Positions 1 to 7,640 of a stretch of 53,257 nucleotides of DNA are shown here, one piece after another. How positions within the stretch are numbered: position 1 is the stretch's first letter; each line of letters begins with the position of its first letter. This DNA is from Patescibacteria group bacterium (GTDB lineage: Bacteria > Patescibacteriota > Minisyncoccia > Minisyncoccales > JANBVM01): the NCBI GenBank assembly GCA_024238995.1, contig JANBVL010000004.1, forward strand, positions 1-53,257. The letters run 5' to 3'. Below the pieces are notes generated by a model that was not told the origin of the DNA, did no database searches, and saw only the letters and a program-made list of their open reading frames with translations. The position numbers and the translations under genes were made by a program.

Positions 1-266
1 TAATAATGCGACTGCAATAAGTTTTTTTATCATAATTTTTTATTAATTAATTATATATTTTAATTATACCTCAAAATTCTTTATTAGTTCAAATTTCTGA
101 TTTAAGCTTTTGATATAATCATAATCTTCAAGAACTTTTAAGAGGTTAGTTATAATAATATTTGGTCGTTGACCCACTCAAAAAAACAAAAAATCACCTT
201 CTTTTAAAGGCGGTTTTTTGATACGATAAGCATATAAATTTATTTAAAATATAAGATTCAATAACA

Positions 267-635
267 ATGATAAATATTAGAGCTCATCACTTGCTTTGTA
301 TGAAGTATTTTAAAAAGAAAGGATACAGTAAAGAATTTGTACTGAATTTCTGTGAGGTAATGAAAGTTTTAAAAGATAATCCTGTAGTTAGAGTTATTGA
401 TAGTACAGATATTATTTGTAGTGCTTGTCCGCATAATGATAACGGAAAATGTATTAAGAAAGGTCCTAATTTTGAGAATGAAATAAAAGAAAAAGATAAT
501 AAGGTTATGAGATATTTAGAAATTAAACCAAATGCAGAAATTAAAATAATGGAAGCCAGGAATTTAGTAGATCACAATTTAGAAAAACTTAAAGGAATAT
601 GTAAAGAATGCGAGTGGTTAGATTATTGTTGCTAG
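267..635 (+). CDS. DUF1284-like cysteine-rich (putative Fe-S binding) protein
   Basis: 122-aa ORF. The N-terminal RAHHLLC and the Cys clusters (CSACPH, GKC, CKECEWLDYCC) match my memory of the DUF1284 family. A hairpin terminator follows. Confidence 0.6.
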   Translation: MINIRAHHLLCMKYFKKKGYSKEFVLNFCEVMKVLKDNPVVRVIDSTDIICSACPHNDNGKCIKKGPNFENEIKEKDNKVMRYLEIKPNAEIKIMEARNLVDHNLEKLKGICKECEWLDYCC

Positions 636-719
636 ATTGATATCGTAATAGATTCTAAATCTTTAAGATTTTCTTTTATTTCTATCCAGTTAATAGTTCT
701 AAATACGTCTCGTATGAGA

Positions 720-751
720 CCCATTAGAATGAGACTCAAGTGGGCTTTTTT
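720..751 (+). terminator. Putative intrinsic terminator
   Basis: Stem cccatt / agtggg with a 13-nt loop, followed by cttttttatt. A small gtctc/gagac hairpin (707-720) lies just upstream. Confidence 0.45.
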
Positions 752-864
752 ATTTACGTCAAGCTTGTTAGAATGCTAAAATAAGAGACATGAATAAAAA
801 AGAGTCAATAATATTATTTAAAAAGGTCGCACGTTTTAATCAGTAATATATTTTTTAAAAAACA

Positions 865-1074
865 ATGCTAGGTCTTATCATTTTAATTATTGGTATAGTT
901 CTACTTCTTAGGAATTTAGGATATATTGACATGGGAATTTGGAATATTATTTGGCCATCTATCTGGATTATTGTTGGTTTGAAATTCATGCTTAAAAAGA
1001 AAAAGCATGGACACGGGCATGGTTGTTGGTGCTGTAATTGTGGACATAAAGAAGACGAAAGCCAAAGAGGATAA
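865..1074 (+). CDS. Small two-helix membrane protein with a His/Cys-rich C-terminal tail
   Basis: 69 aa with two hydrophobic segments, then KKKKHGHGHGCWCCNCGHKEDE. It is convergent with htrA and a shared hairpin follows. The family assignment (DUF5668/LiaF-N-like) is only a guess. Confidence 0.5.
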   Translation: MLGLIILIIGIVLLLRNLGYIDMGIWNIIWPSIWIIVGLKFMLKKKKHGHGHGCWCCNCGHKEDESQRG

Positions 1075-1084
1075 TCAAACAAAA

Positions 1085-1110
1085 ACACACTAGCTATATA
1101 ACTAGTGTGT
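1085..1110. terminator. Bidirectional hairpin terminator between convergent genes
   Basis: 9-bp perfect stem acacactag / ctagtgtgt with an 8-nt loop. An A-run lies on one side and a T-rich tract on the other. Confidence 0.6.
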
Positions 1111-1124
1111 TTGTCTAAAAGCCT

Positions 1125-2147
1125 TTATTTTTTTTCTCCTAACTTTATTTTTAAATTAATCTTTTTATCTTCTCTTAAAACTTTTAAAGTTATTTCAGTT
1201 CCAATTTTATTCTCTTGAAGCAGATCAGCTAAAGGGTTGTCCTCATTAATCTTTTTTCCATTACATTCTAAAACGATATCGTACTCCTTTAATCCTGCTT
1301 TATCTGCAGGAGAGCCTTTAACTATTGCTCTTTCTCCTAGATTTTCTCTTACGATCAAAGCACCATAGTTAATTGGAAGCTTATTATTCTTTGCAATTTG
1401 TTCATTTAAAATAAAGTATCTTACACCCAGGAAAGGTTTTTTAATTTTGCCAAATTTCATTATTTCTTCTAAATCTTTTTTCGCGTAATTAATTGGAATA
1501 GCAAAGCCAATATTTTGTGCTCCCATTACCATTGCAGTATTAATTCCAATCGCATTTCCTTCCATATCAACCAATGGCCCGCCGCTGTTTCCTGGATTAA
1601 TCGCAGCATCAGTTTGGATTAAACCTCTTAAGCTTGTTGCTTTTGATCCTCCTTGATAAGCTTTAATCTTTCTACTTAGTCCTGAAACAATGCCTGCTGA
1701 GATAGTGTCTTCAAACTCTCCCAAGGGATTTCCTACCGCAATTACTGATTCTCCTAGGTCAATTTTTCCTGAATCACCCATCTCTAAATATGGGAAACCA
1801 TGATCTTGGATTTTTAAAATAGCAACATCAGTTAATGGATCTTTAGCCAAGACCTTAGCAGGATATTTTTTTGTTGGTTCAACAATAACAGTGTATTTTG
1901 CTGTTGGATCTTTAACGACATGGTTGCAGGTTAAAACATAGCCGTTTTTTGAAACAATAAACCCTGAACCTCCTCCTATTTTAGTTTCTTCTTTTTTGTT
2001 TTTGCCCATCTTAGGAACAATAAATTGTCTTCCTCCAAAAGGTAGAAAATAAAATCCTTCAATTTTGGGCAGATCTTTTGAAACAACCACAGTTATTACA
2101 GCCGGAGAAACCTTTTTAGCAATTTCAACTATTGGTGATTTTTGCAT
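1125..2147 (-). CDS. htrA: HtrA/DegP-family trypsin-like serine protease with one PDZ domain
   Basis: 340 aa with the catalytic motifs TCNHV, DVAILK and GNSGGPL. The C-terminal region is PDZ-like (GSPADKAGLKEYDIV). Confidence 0.9.
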   Translation of the reverse strand: MQKSPIVEIAKKVSPAVITVVVSKDLPKIEGFYFLPFGGRQFIVPKMGKNKKEETKIGGGSGFIVSKNGYVLTCNHVVKDPTAKYTVIVEPTKKYPAKVLAKDPLTDVAILKIQDHGFPYLEMGDSGKIDLGESVIAVGNPLGEFEDTISAGIVSGLSRKIKAYQGGSKATSLRGLIQTDAAINPGNSGGPLVDMEGNAIGINTAMVMGAQNIGFAIPINYAKKDLEEIMKFGKIKKPFLGVRYFILNEQIAKNNKLPINYGALIVRENLGERAIVKGSPADKAGLKEYDIVLECNGKKINEDNPLADLLQENKIGTEITLKVLREDKKINLKIKLGEKK

Positions 2148-2252
2148 ACTCTTTAATTTTTTAAGTTTAATACGTCATCATTTTATCATTAACCTGTATT
2201 GTCAACAAGAGAGAAAGCTGATAAAATGCTATTCATCCCCGAAGAAATGTCT

Positions 2253-2324
2253 GTCCCCGTAGTTCAATGGATAGAACGGCTGCCTCCTAAGCTGCAAATA
2301 CAGGTTCGACTCCTGTCGGGGACA
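2253..2324 (+). tRNA. tRNA-Arg (anticodon CCT)
   Basis: Hand-folded cloverleaf. Acceptor gtccccg/cggggac, anticodon loop ctCCTaa, T arm acagg-ttcgact-cctgt. There is one T-T mismatch in the anticodon stem. Confidence 0.85.
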
Positions 2325-2336
2325 CAATGTGAATAT

Positions 2337-2410
2337 GGGCCCATAGCTCAGCTGGCTAGAGTACTTGTATGGCATACAAGGGGTGGTGGGTTCGAATCCC
2401 ACTGGGTCCA
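2337..2410 (+). tRNA. tRNA-Ala (anticodon GGC)
   Basis: Acceptor gggccca/tgggtcc carries the G3:U70 Ala identity pair. Anticodon loop atGGCat, T loop ttcgaat. Confidence 0.9.
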
Positions 2411-2428
2411 CATAAAGGATTAATACGC

Positions 2429-2500
2429 GCCGTGGTAGCTCATTGGTAGAGCATTTCTCTGAAAAAGAAAGGGTAGGTGGTTCAATTCCACTCCGCGGCA
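2429..2500 (+). tRNA. tRNA-Phe (anticodon GAA)
   Basis: Acceptor gccgtgg/ccgcggc, anticodon stem tttct/agaaa with loop ctGAAaa, T loop ttcaatt. Confidence 0.9.
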
Positions 2501-2503
2501 CAT

Positions 2504-2578
2504 GCGGGCGTAGTATAGTGGCTATTATATCGGCTTGCCAAGTCGAGGACGGCGGTTCAATTCCGCTCGCCCGCTCCA
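2504..2578 (+). tRNA. tRNA-Gly (anticodon GCC), 3' CCA encoded
   Basis: Acceptor gcgggcg/cgcccgc, anticodon loop ttGCCaa, T loop ttcaatt. It is the only tRNA here with a genomic CCA end. The D arm is atypical in my hand fold. Confidence 0.85.
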
Positions 2579-2601
2579 GAAAAAACTTATTCATAATTGC
2601 T

Positions 2602-2627
2602 AAAAACCGCTTTTTAAAGCGGTTTTT
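2602..2627 (+). terminator. Intrinsic terminator after the 4-tRNA cluster
   Basis: Stem aaaaaccgc / gcggttttt with an 8-nt loop and a T-run. Confidence 0.65.
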
Positions 2628-2634
2628 GAAGGCC

Positions 2635-2663
2635 TTGACACAAGGTTTTGATAGCGCTATTAT
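2635..2663 (+). promoter_or_regulatory. Candidate sigma70-type promoter (TTGACA-17-TATTAT)
   Basis: Consensus -35 TTGACA at 2635-2640, a 17-nt spacer, then TATTAT at 2658-2663. This favours the ATG at 2695 as the start of the next CDS. Confidence 0.4.
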
Positions 2664-2694
2664 GTCAAAATCCCTTAGAACAAGGGGTTTTAAT

Positions 2695-3210
2695 ATGATT
2701 AAGAAATCTATAAAAAATCACAATAAACGCTTGATTTTATTAGTGATTCAAACCTTAATACTTCTAGTTGTTTTTGGAGTTGTATCACAGGTTTATTCTG
2801 CGATAGGACAAAACAAGGACACATCAGACTTAGTAGTAATACCTAATTTTATTGTTGTTCAGAATAACAGCTTAACTTCTTTATCAAATCCAGCAAACCC
2901 TCCTCCAAAAGTTGTTAAAAAACTGCCAGTAATTATAACTGCTTATTCAAGCACGGTGTCTCAGACAGATGATACTCCTTTTATCACTGCATCCGGCTCT
3001 TATGTGAGAGACGGGATTGTAGCAAATAATTTATTGCCTTTTGGAACAAGAATCAGAATTCCAGATGTTTATGGCGATAAAATTTTTACTGTTGAAGACA
3101 GGATGCACAGAAGAAAAGGGAATTATCATATTGATATTTGGTATGCTGACTATTGGCAGGCAAAATCTTTTGGAGCAAAAAGAGCTATTATTGAAGTTTT
3201 GGAAAGCTAA
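2695..3210 (+). CDS. 3D-domain (MltA/YuiC-like double-psi beta-barrel) cell-wall-binding/lytic protein with N-terminal TM anchor
   Basis: The listed ORF 2443-3210 overlaps tRNAs, so the real start is probably ATG 2695 (MIKKSIK), preceded by aagggg. The C-terminus ITAYSS..QTDDTPFITASG..GIVANN..PFGTRIRIP...FTVEDRM..IDIW matches the 3D-domain pattern. Confidence 0.75.
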   Translation: MIKKSIKNHNKRLILLVIQTLILLVVFGVVSQVYSAIGQNKDTSDLVVIPNFIVVQNNSLTSLSNPANPPPKVVKKLPVIITAYSSTVSQTDDTPFITASGSYVRDGIVANNLLPFGTRIRIPDVYGDKIFTVEDRMHRRKGNYHIDIWYADYWQAKSFGAKRAIIEVLES

Positions 3211-3227
3211 TTTAATTAAGAAAAATA

Positions 3228-3260
3228 CAAAAACCACTGCATTTAATACAGTGGTTTTTG
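3228..3260. terminator. Bidirectional hairpin terminator
   Basis: 12-bp stem caaaaaccactg / cagtggtttttg with a 9-nt loop. It lies between the 3D-domain gene (+) and tRNA-Leu (-). Confidence 0.7.
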
Positions 3261-3267
3261 TGTTTAG

Positions 3268-3350
3268 TGCCCGGAGTGGGATTTGAACCCACATGGTCAA
3301 AGACCACGACATTTTAAGTGTCGCATGTATACCAGTTCCATCACCCGGGC
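3268..3350 (-). tRNA. tRNA-Leu (anticodon TAA)
   Basis: Class II tRNA. Acceptor gcccggg/tccgggc, anticodon stem cgaca/tgtcg with loop ctTAAaa, long variable arm, T loop ttcaaat. Confidence 0.9.
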
Positions 3351-3354
3351 AAAA

Positions 3355-3834
3355 CTAAGTTTTTTTTCTTCCTCTATGTCCAGGTTTTAAGCTGTGGCAA
3401 TTAGGACAAAGGATTCTAAGATTTTTTAAGCTATTATCATAAGGATCTCCGTTTATGTGATCTAGCTCTAGTGGTAAAAAGCCGTCTTTAGTTTTTTCTG
3501 CCCATCCGCAATCTTCACAATATTGTTCTTTAAGCTCAGCTTTAAATAATCTATTTTTTAATTTGTAGCTTTGAAATGTACTGTTTTTTACTAAAATGTC
3601 ATTTAAAGGTATACGCGGTTTTCCTATACCTTTTAATCCTTTATTCCAGCCTTTTCCTTTTAAATGACTATCATCGATATTATATTCTTTAATATATTTT
3701 CTAATTTGCTTGTAATTACCTCCAGCTTCTCTAAGCCCAAGAATACCCAAAATCTGTCTTATACTCCTTGACTTTTTCACAGCATTTTTTAGCTGTTTTT
3801 CTGTCCAGCTCCTTTTTCTTTTATATTTCGCCAT
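3355..3834 (-). CDS. HNH homing-endonuclease-like protein
   Basis: 159 aa with a C-terminal HNH/zinc motif CEDCGW...LELDHINGDPYDNSLKNLRILCPNCHS. The N-terminal LGL.EAGGNYKQIRKYI...SHLKGKGWNKG module is common in free-standing HNH endonucleases. The stop is 4 nt from the tRNA-Leu 5' end. Confidence 0.8.
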   Translation of the reverse strand: MAKYKRKRSWTEKQLKNAVKKSRSIRQILGILGLREAGGNYKQIRKYIKEYNIDDSHLKGKGWNKGLKGIGKPRIPLNDILVKNSTFQSYKLKNRLFKAELKEQYCEDCGWAEKTKDGFLPLELDHINGDPYDNSLKNLRILCPNCHSLKPGHRGRKKT

Positions 3835-3904
3835 TATATTATTATAATATATGGCAGACGTAAAAGCAAAATAATATCTATTTGTTTGCCTTAATCAAGT
3901 TTTG

Positions 3905-3976
3905 AGGCGTGGGTGGGAATTGAACCCACGTAATCGGTTTTGCAGACCGAGGTCTAAGCCACTTGACTACCACGCC
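3905..3976 (-). tRNA. tRNA-Cys (anticodon GCA)
   Basis: Acceptor ggcgtgg/ccacgcc, anticodon stem tcggt/accga with loop ctGCAaa, T loop ttcaatt. Confidence 0.9.
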
Positions 3977-3980
3977 AAAT

Positions 3981-4349
3981 TTATTCTTCAGTTTGAATAT
4001 TATCTGTTTTTTTCTGCTTTTTCAACTCATCTAAAAGCTTCTCAATCCTATCAGCTTCTTTTGTTTTTGTCTCTTGTCGAAAGATAATTTTAGGAACACG
4101 TTTCATCACCAGTTTTTTATTGAGTTTTTGCTGCAGGTCATAAATGTTTTTATTGAGCACTTTGATAACTAAATCAAATTTTTCCTCTGGTATTACACTA
4201 ATAAAAACATTGGTTTGATTAAAATTAGGAGCAGTTTTTACTTGAGTAACTGTTACTAAAATATCTTTTTCAAAATACCCTTCTTTCAAAAGAAGAGTAG
4301 AGACAGTTTGTTTTATAAGTTTATTGACTTTGTCAATTCGTTTTGACAT
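3981..4349 (-). CDS. rbfA: Ribosome-binding factor A
   Basis: 122 aa. The N-terminus RIDKVNKLIKQTVSTLL is typical of RbfA. It lies immediately downstream of infB (1-nt overlap), which is the conserved synteny. Confidence 0.8.
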   Translation of the reverse strand: MSKRIDKVNKLIKQTVSTLLLKEGYFEKDILVTVTQVKTAPNFNQTNVFISVIPEEKFDLVIKVLNKNIYDLQQKLNKKLVMKRVPKIIFRQETKTKEADRIEKLLDELKKQKKTDNIQTEE

Positions 4350-5839
4350 TAGAGTTCTCCTTTTTTCCTTTCTTTTTTAAAAATTATTAATTCATCTCCT
4401 TTCTCAATCTTTTTTTCTCCTTCGTAAAGTATCCCTACTTCATCTCCTTTAGAACCTTTTTCAATATCTTTTTTGTTTTTTTGAAGATTAATCAATCTTC
4501 CTTGGTCAATTACTTCTCCGTTTCTTGTTACTTCAATTAAAACGCTTTTAGTAATTTCTCCTTCAGTCATTCTTCCTCCGACAATTTGGCGTTTTTTCTC
4601 GCCCCAAAAACCTACCAATACTTTTAATTTACCTAAATTATTTCTTACTACTTCAGGCTCTAAGATTTTTTCCATGTATTTTCTGATTTCCTCAACCAGA
4701 TCATAAATGATTTCAAAATTCATTATCCTGATTTTTTCTTTTTCTGCCAGCCTATTGGCAGTAGAGTTGGCTTTCACTCTGAATCCTAAAACCAGAGCAT
4801 TTCCACTTTTTGCAAACTGAATATCATTTTCATTTATTTGACCAACATCTGATTTTAAAACTTTCAATACAATTTTTTCTTGAGGAAGTTGTTTTAATAT
4901 ATTTTGTATTGCCTCAATTGAACCTAAAACATCAGTTTTAATAATTAAATTCAATGCCTTTTGCCCTTCTTGGAGTTCAACTCTTTTTTCAACCCCTCCT
5001 TTTTCCGGAGTTTTAATATATGCTTCTGCTTGTTTTAAGTTTTCAAAAACTTTAAATGTTTCACCAACTCTTGGCGCTTGATCTAATCCCAAAACAACCG
5101 CTGGATCAGCGGCAGCAGCTTGGAGGATTTGATCTCCTTGAAAATCTTCCAAACTTTTGATTTTTCCAGTTGTTGAAGGTGTAGCAATTATATTCCCTGG
5201 TTTCAATATTCCTTGACTTAAGAGCAAGGTTGCTATTGGCCCTCTTTTGTTGTCTAAATATGACTCTATAATTACTCCTTGAGCTGGTTTTGAATTATCA
5301 GCTTTTAATTCTTCCATTTCAGCTATCAAAAGTATAATATCTAAAAGGTCTTCAATGCCTTGACCTGTTTTTGCAGAAACATTAACTGAAGGCACTTTTC
5401 CTCCTAAAGATTCAACAATAATTCCTTGTTTTTCTAACTGCCCTTTTGCTTTTTGGGGATCAGCTTCTGGCCTATCCATTTTATTAAAGGCAATTATTAA
5501 AGACACTTTAGAATTTTTAATATGTTCAATAGCTTCTTTGGTTTGAACTTGAACTCCTTTTGTGCTGTCTATTACTAAAACAGCAATATCAGCTATTTTT
5601 GCTCCACGAGACCTCATTTGAGAAAAAGCCTCGTGTCCAGGAGTATCAATAAAGGTAATTTTTTTATTATTTTTTCGAACTTGATAAGCACCAATATGCT
5701 GGGTTATTCCACCAGATTCTTTTTCAGTAACTTTAGTTTTTCTTATTTGGTCCAATAAGCTTGTTTTACCGCTATCAATGTGCCCCAAGATTACTACGAC
5801 CGGAGGTCTAGTTATTAAATTTTCATTTTCTTTTGTCAT
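4349..5839 (-). CDS. infB: Translation initiation factor IF-2 (short form lacking the long N-terminal region)
   Basis: 496 aa with GTPase motifs GHIDSGKT, DTPGH and NKMD. The C-terminal IF-2 domains are present (LNLIIKTDVLGSIEAI). Confidence 0.95.
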   Translation of the reverse strand: MTKENENLITRPPVVVILGHIDSGKTSLLDQIRKTKVTEKESGGITQHIGAYQVRKNNKKITFIDTPGHEAFSQMRSRGAKIADIAVLVIDSTKGVQVQTKEAIEHIKNSKVSLIIAFNKMDRPEADPQKAKGQLEKQGIIVESLGGKVPSVNVSAKTGQGIEDLLDIILLIAEMEELKADNSKPAQGVIIESYLDNKRGPIATLLLSQGILKPGNIIATPSTTGKIKSLEDFQGDQILQAAAADPAVVLGLDQAPRVGETFKVFENLKQAEAYIKTPEKGGVEKRVELQEGQKALNLIIKTDVLGSIEAIQNILKQLPQEKIVLKVLKSDVGQINENDIQFAKSGNALVLGFRVKANSTANRLAEKEKIRIMNFEIIYDLVEEIRKYMEKILEPEVVRNNLGKLKVLVGFWGEKKRQIVGGRMTEGEITKSVLIEVTRNGEVIDQGRLINLQKNKKDIEKGSKGDEVGILYEGEKKIEKGDELIIFKKERKKGEL

Positions 5840-6223
5840 TTAAATCTCTTTTCTTTTAATTCTCGTTTTTTTAGCAATTTCTATTGCTTTTTTTTCTTCT
5901 TCAGACAGACTGTGATGTGAGTGGCCTTTTTTGATTGGTTTGCCAAACATCCTGTTTCCTTCTCTGCTATAAAAACTGGTAATCACCACGCCATTATTAT
6001 TCCCATCTAAAAGTGCAATAGAAAAGCTTTGATTTCCACCTAAATCTTTAAAAGGATTAAATCTAACAACTCCCATTTTTTGAACAGAAAACACAGACTC
6101 TTTTTTCAAATAATCCAATTCTTTGGACACTTTTCTAAATTCTTTTTTTAAAGACTTAAACTCTCCAATAACTTGTTTCCAATTTTTAGGATCAATATCT
6201 TCTTTTTTAAAAAGTTCAAACAT
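5840..6223 (-). CDS. DUF4446-family protein
   Basis: The listed ORF extends to 6292 across a tRNA, so the start was trimmed to ATG 6223 (MFELFKKEDI). The core VVRFNPFKDLGGNQSFSIALLD..NGVVITSFYSREGNR matches my memory of DUF4446. Confidence 0.65.
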   Translation of the reverse strand: MFELFKKEDIDPKNWKQVIGEFKSLKKEFRKVSKELDYLKKESVFSVQKMGVVRFNPFKDLGGNQSFSIALLDGNNNGVVITSFYSREGNRMFGKPIKKGHSHHSLSEEEKKAIEIAKKTRIKRKEI

Positions 6224-6255
6224 AGTATGGGTTATTAGATTAATTATACAAGAAG

Positions 6256-6339
6256 CGGTGGGGGCGAGAGTCGAACTCGCATAGGTTTTCACCCGCCGCT
6301 TTTCGAAAGCGGTTCCTTGCCGATTCGGAACACCCCACC
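6256..6339 (-). tRNA. tRNA-Ser (anticodon CGA)
   Basis: Class II tRNA. Acceptor ggtgggg/ccccacc, anticodon stem ccgct/agcgg with loop ttCGAaa, long variable arm, T arm gcgag-ttcgact-ctcgc. Confidence 0.85.
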
Positions 6340-6380
6340 AGTAGCAGAATTAATAGATAATCTTAAATAAAATATGTTTA

Positions 6381-6409
6381 AATTTATCACAGAATACACT
6401 TAAAATCAA
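6381..6409 (-). promoter_or_regulatory. Candidate promoter (TTGATT-17-TAAATT on the minus strand) upstream of tRNA-Ser
   Basis: Reverse complement reads ttgatt, then 17 nt, then taaatt, about 40 nt upstream of the tRNA-Ser 5' end. Such matches are easy to find in AT-rich DNA. Confidence 0.3.
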
Positions 6410-6446
6410 TTTATTAAGGAGATGAATAGTGATATACTCATAGAAC

Positions 6447-7427
6447 ATGAAAAACATTAAAGTAGCTATTATTGGAGTTGGAGGAAGAACTGGCACAATG
6501 TTTGCTTTTGAACTTAAAAATAGAGCTAGTGTTTTAGGCGTGGCAAAGGAAAAAGAAATTGAACTGATAGCGCAGAAAAAATTATATATTCAGAGGAAAG
6601 AACAAGAGCCTCAGTTGTTTGACTGCAAGGTTATAAAAGATAGTGATTTCAATTCTGATTTAGCTCCAGACATTATTTTCGTGACAACAAAAAACCCAGT
6701 TTACAGTGTTGTTAAATATTATTTTGAAAAATTTAAAAATGATAAGACGCCTGTTCTTTTTCTTTCCCAGAATGGCATCGATGCTTTAAATGACGCAAAA
6801 AAAGCTTTGCAAGATATTTATGGTCAGAGAGCAAAAGATATTACTATTATTAGGTCTGTTTTATTTAATCCAATAGATATTAAAATAGAAAACAGCAATA
6901 TATATGTAAAATATTCTTTGCCAATACGCATTGCTGTTTCAAAAGCACAAGGGAAGTTAAACGTTGAAGATGTTTTTAAAACTTTTAAAAATGCTGGTTT
7001 TGAAATTCAGGAATTTCCACAGGAAAATGCCAGGAATTTAGAATTTTCAAAATTATTTTTGAATTTAATCGGAATGGTAAGCGCTTCCCATAATTTGTCA
7101 GTGAAAAATGGCTTTAAAGATAAAAACATTTTTCAACAAGAAGTAAAAGTTTTAAAAGAATACGTCAGGGTTGTTAAAAAATCTAATGGAAGATTTATTA
7201 ATTTCTCAAACTATCCAGTAAAAACATATTGTTTTTTAATTGATTTAATTCCAATGTTTTTTTTAGTGCCTATTCGCAACATTTTAGCTAGATTTATTTC
7301 TAAAGGAAGAGAAAAAAAAGCAAAGGATTTAGATGAAATAGAATATTATAATGGCGCTGTTGTTAAATTAGGAAAGACTATCGGAGTTAATACTCCGATC
7401 AATGAACTCGTTCTAAAACGAGTTTAA
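6447..7427 (+). CDS. Ketopantoate reductase (ApbA/PanE)-family NAD(P)-binding oxidoreductase
   Basis: 326 aa with an N-terminal Rossmann motif KVAIIGVGGRTG. The overall layout (IIFVTTKN...LFLSQNG) resembles the 2-dehydropantoate 2-reductase family. The substrate is unknown. Confidence 0.5.
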   Translation: MKNIKVAIIGVGGRTGTMFAFELKNRASVLGVAKEKEIELIAQKKLYIQRKEQEPQLFDCKVIKDSDFNSDLAPDIIFVTTKNPVYSVVKYYFEKFKNDKTPVLFLSQNGIDALNDAKKALQDIYGQRAKDITIIRSVLFNPIDIKIENSNIYVKYSLPIRIAVSKAQGKLNVEDVFKTFKNAGFEIQEFPQENARNLEFSKLFLNLIGMVSASHNLSVKNGFKDKNIFQQEVKVLKEYVRVVKKSNGRFINFSNYPVKTYCFLIDLIPMFFLVPIRNILARFISKGREKKAKDLDEIEYYNGAVVKLGKTIGVNTPINELVLKRV

Positions 7428-7450
7428 AATGATTCTAAGAGTTAATTTTG

Positions 7451-7523
7451 TGGGCAATGTAGGACTTGAACCTACGACCTCGTCGATGTAAGCGACGCGC
7501 TCTAGCCACTGAGCTAATTGCCC
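7451..7523 (-). tRNA. tRNA-Val (anticodon TAC)
   Basis: Acceptor gggcaat/attgccc, D arm gctc-agtggcta-gagc, anticodon stem cgtcg/cgacg with loop ctTACat, T loop ttcaagt. Confidence 0.9.
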
Positions 7524-7556
7524 CTATTTATTTTTTTATGGACGTGTCTTTGAAAG

Positions 7557-7640
7557 TGGGCGAGGGGAGAATCGAACTCCCACGGGAAAAATCCCCTTGA
7601 AGCCTCAGTTCAAGCTGTCTACCGATTCCAGCACTCGCCC
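7557..7640 (-). tRNA. tRNA-Leu (anticodon GAG)
   Basis: Class II tRNA. Acceptor gggcgag/ctcgccc, anticodon stem ttgaa/ttcaa with loop ctGAGgc, variable arm gggg..ccc, T arm gggag-ttcgatt-ctccc. Confidence 0.9.

Noticed and set aside
2199-2661. Listed ORFs 2199-2423 (+), 2229-2594 (-) and the first 73-84 codons of 2443-3210 (+).
   Set aside because: They are laid over four well-folding tRNA genes (Arg, Ala, Phe, Gly) and a terminator. Their peptide sequences are what tRNA sequences translate to (GFESH, GSIPL). The real CDS starts at 2695 (or 2662).
3902-4087. Listed ORF 3902-4087 (+).
   Set aside because: It overlaps tRNA-Cys on the opposite strand and is antisense to rbfA. It has no motif and is low-complexity.
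6224-6292. The N-terminal 23 codons of listed ORF 5840-6292.
   Set aside because: This extension runs into tRNA-Ser(CGA) (6256-6339). The internal ATG at 6223 (MFELFKK) gives a DUF4446-like protein of normal length.
6416-6460. AAGGAG followed directly by ATG 6422, giving a 12-codon mini-ORF overlapping the start of 6447-7427 (possible leader peptide).
   Set aside because: The SD-to-ATG spacing is essentially zero, the peptide has no regulatory-looking codon run, and there are no alternative hairpins. It is most likely fortuitous.
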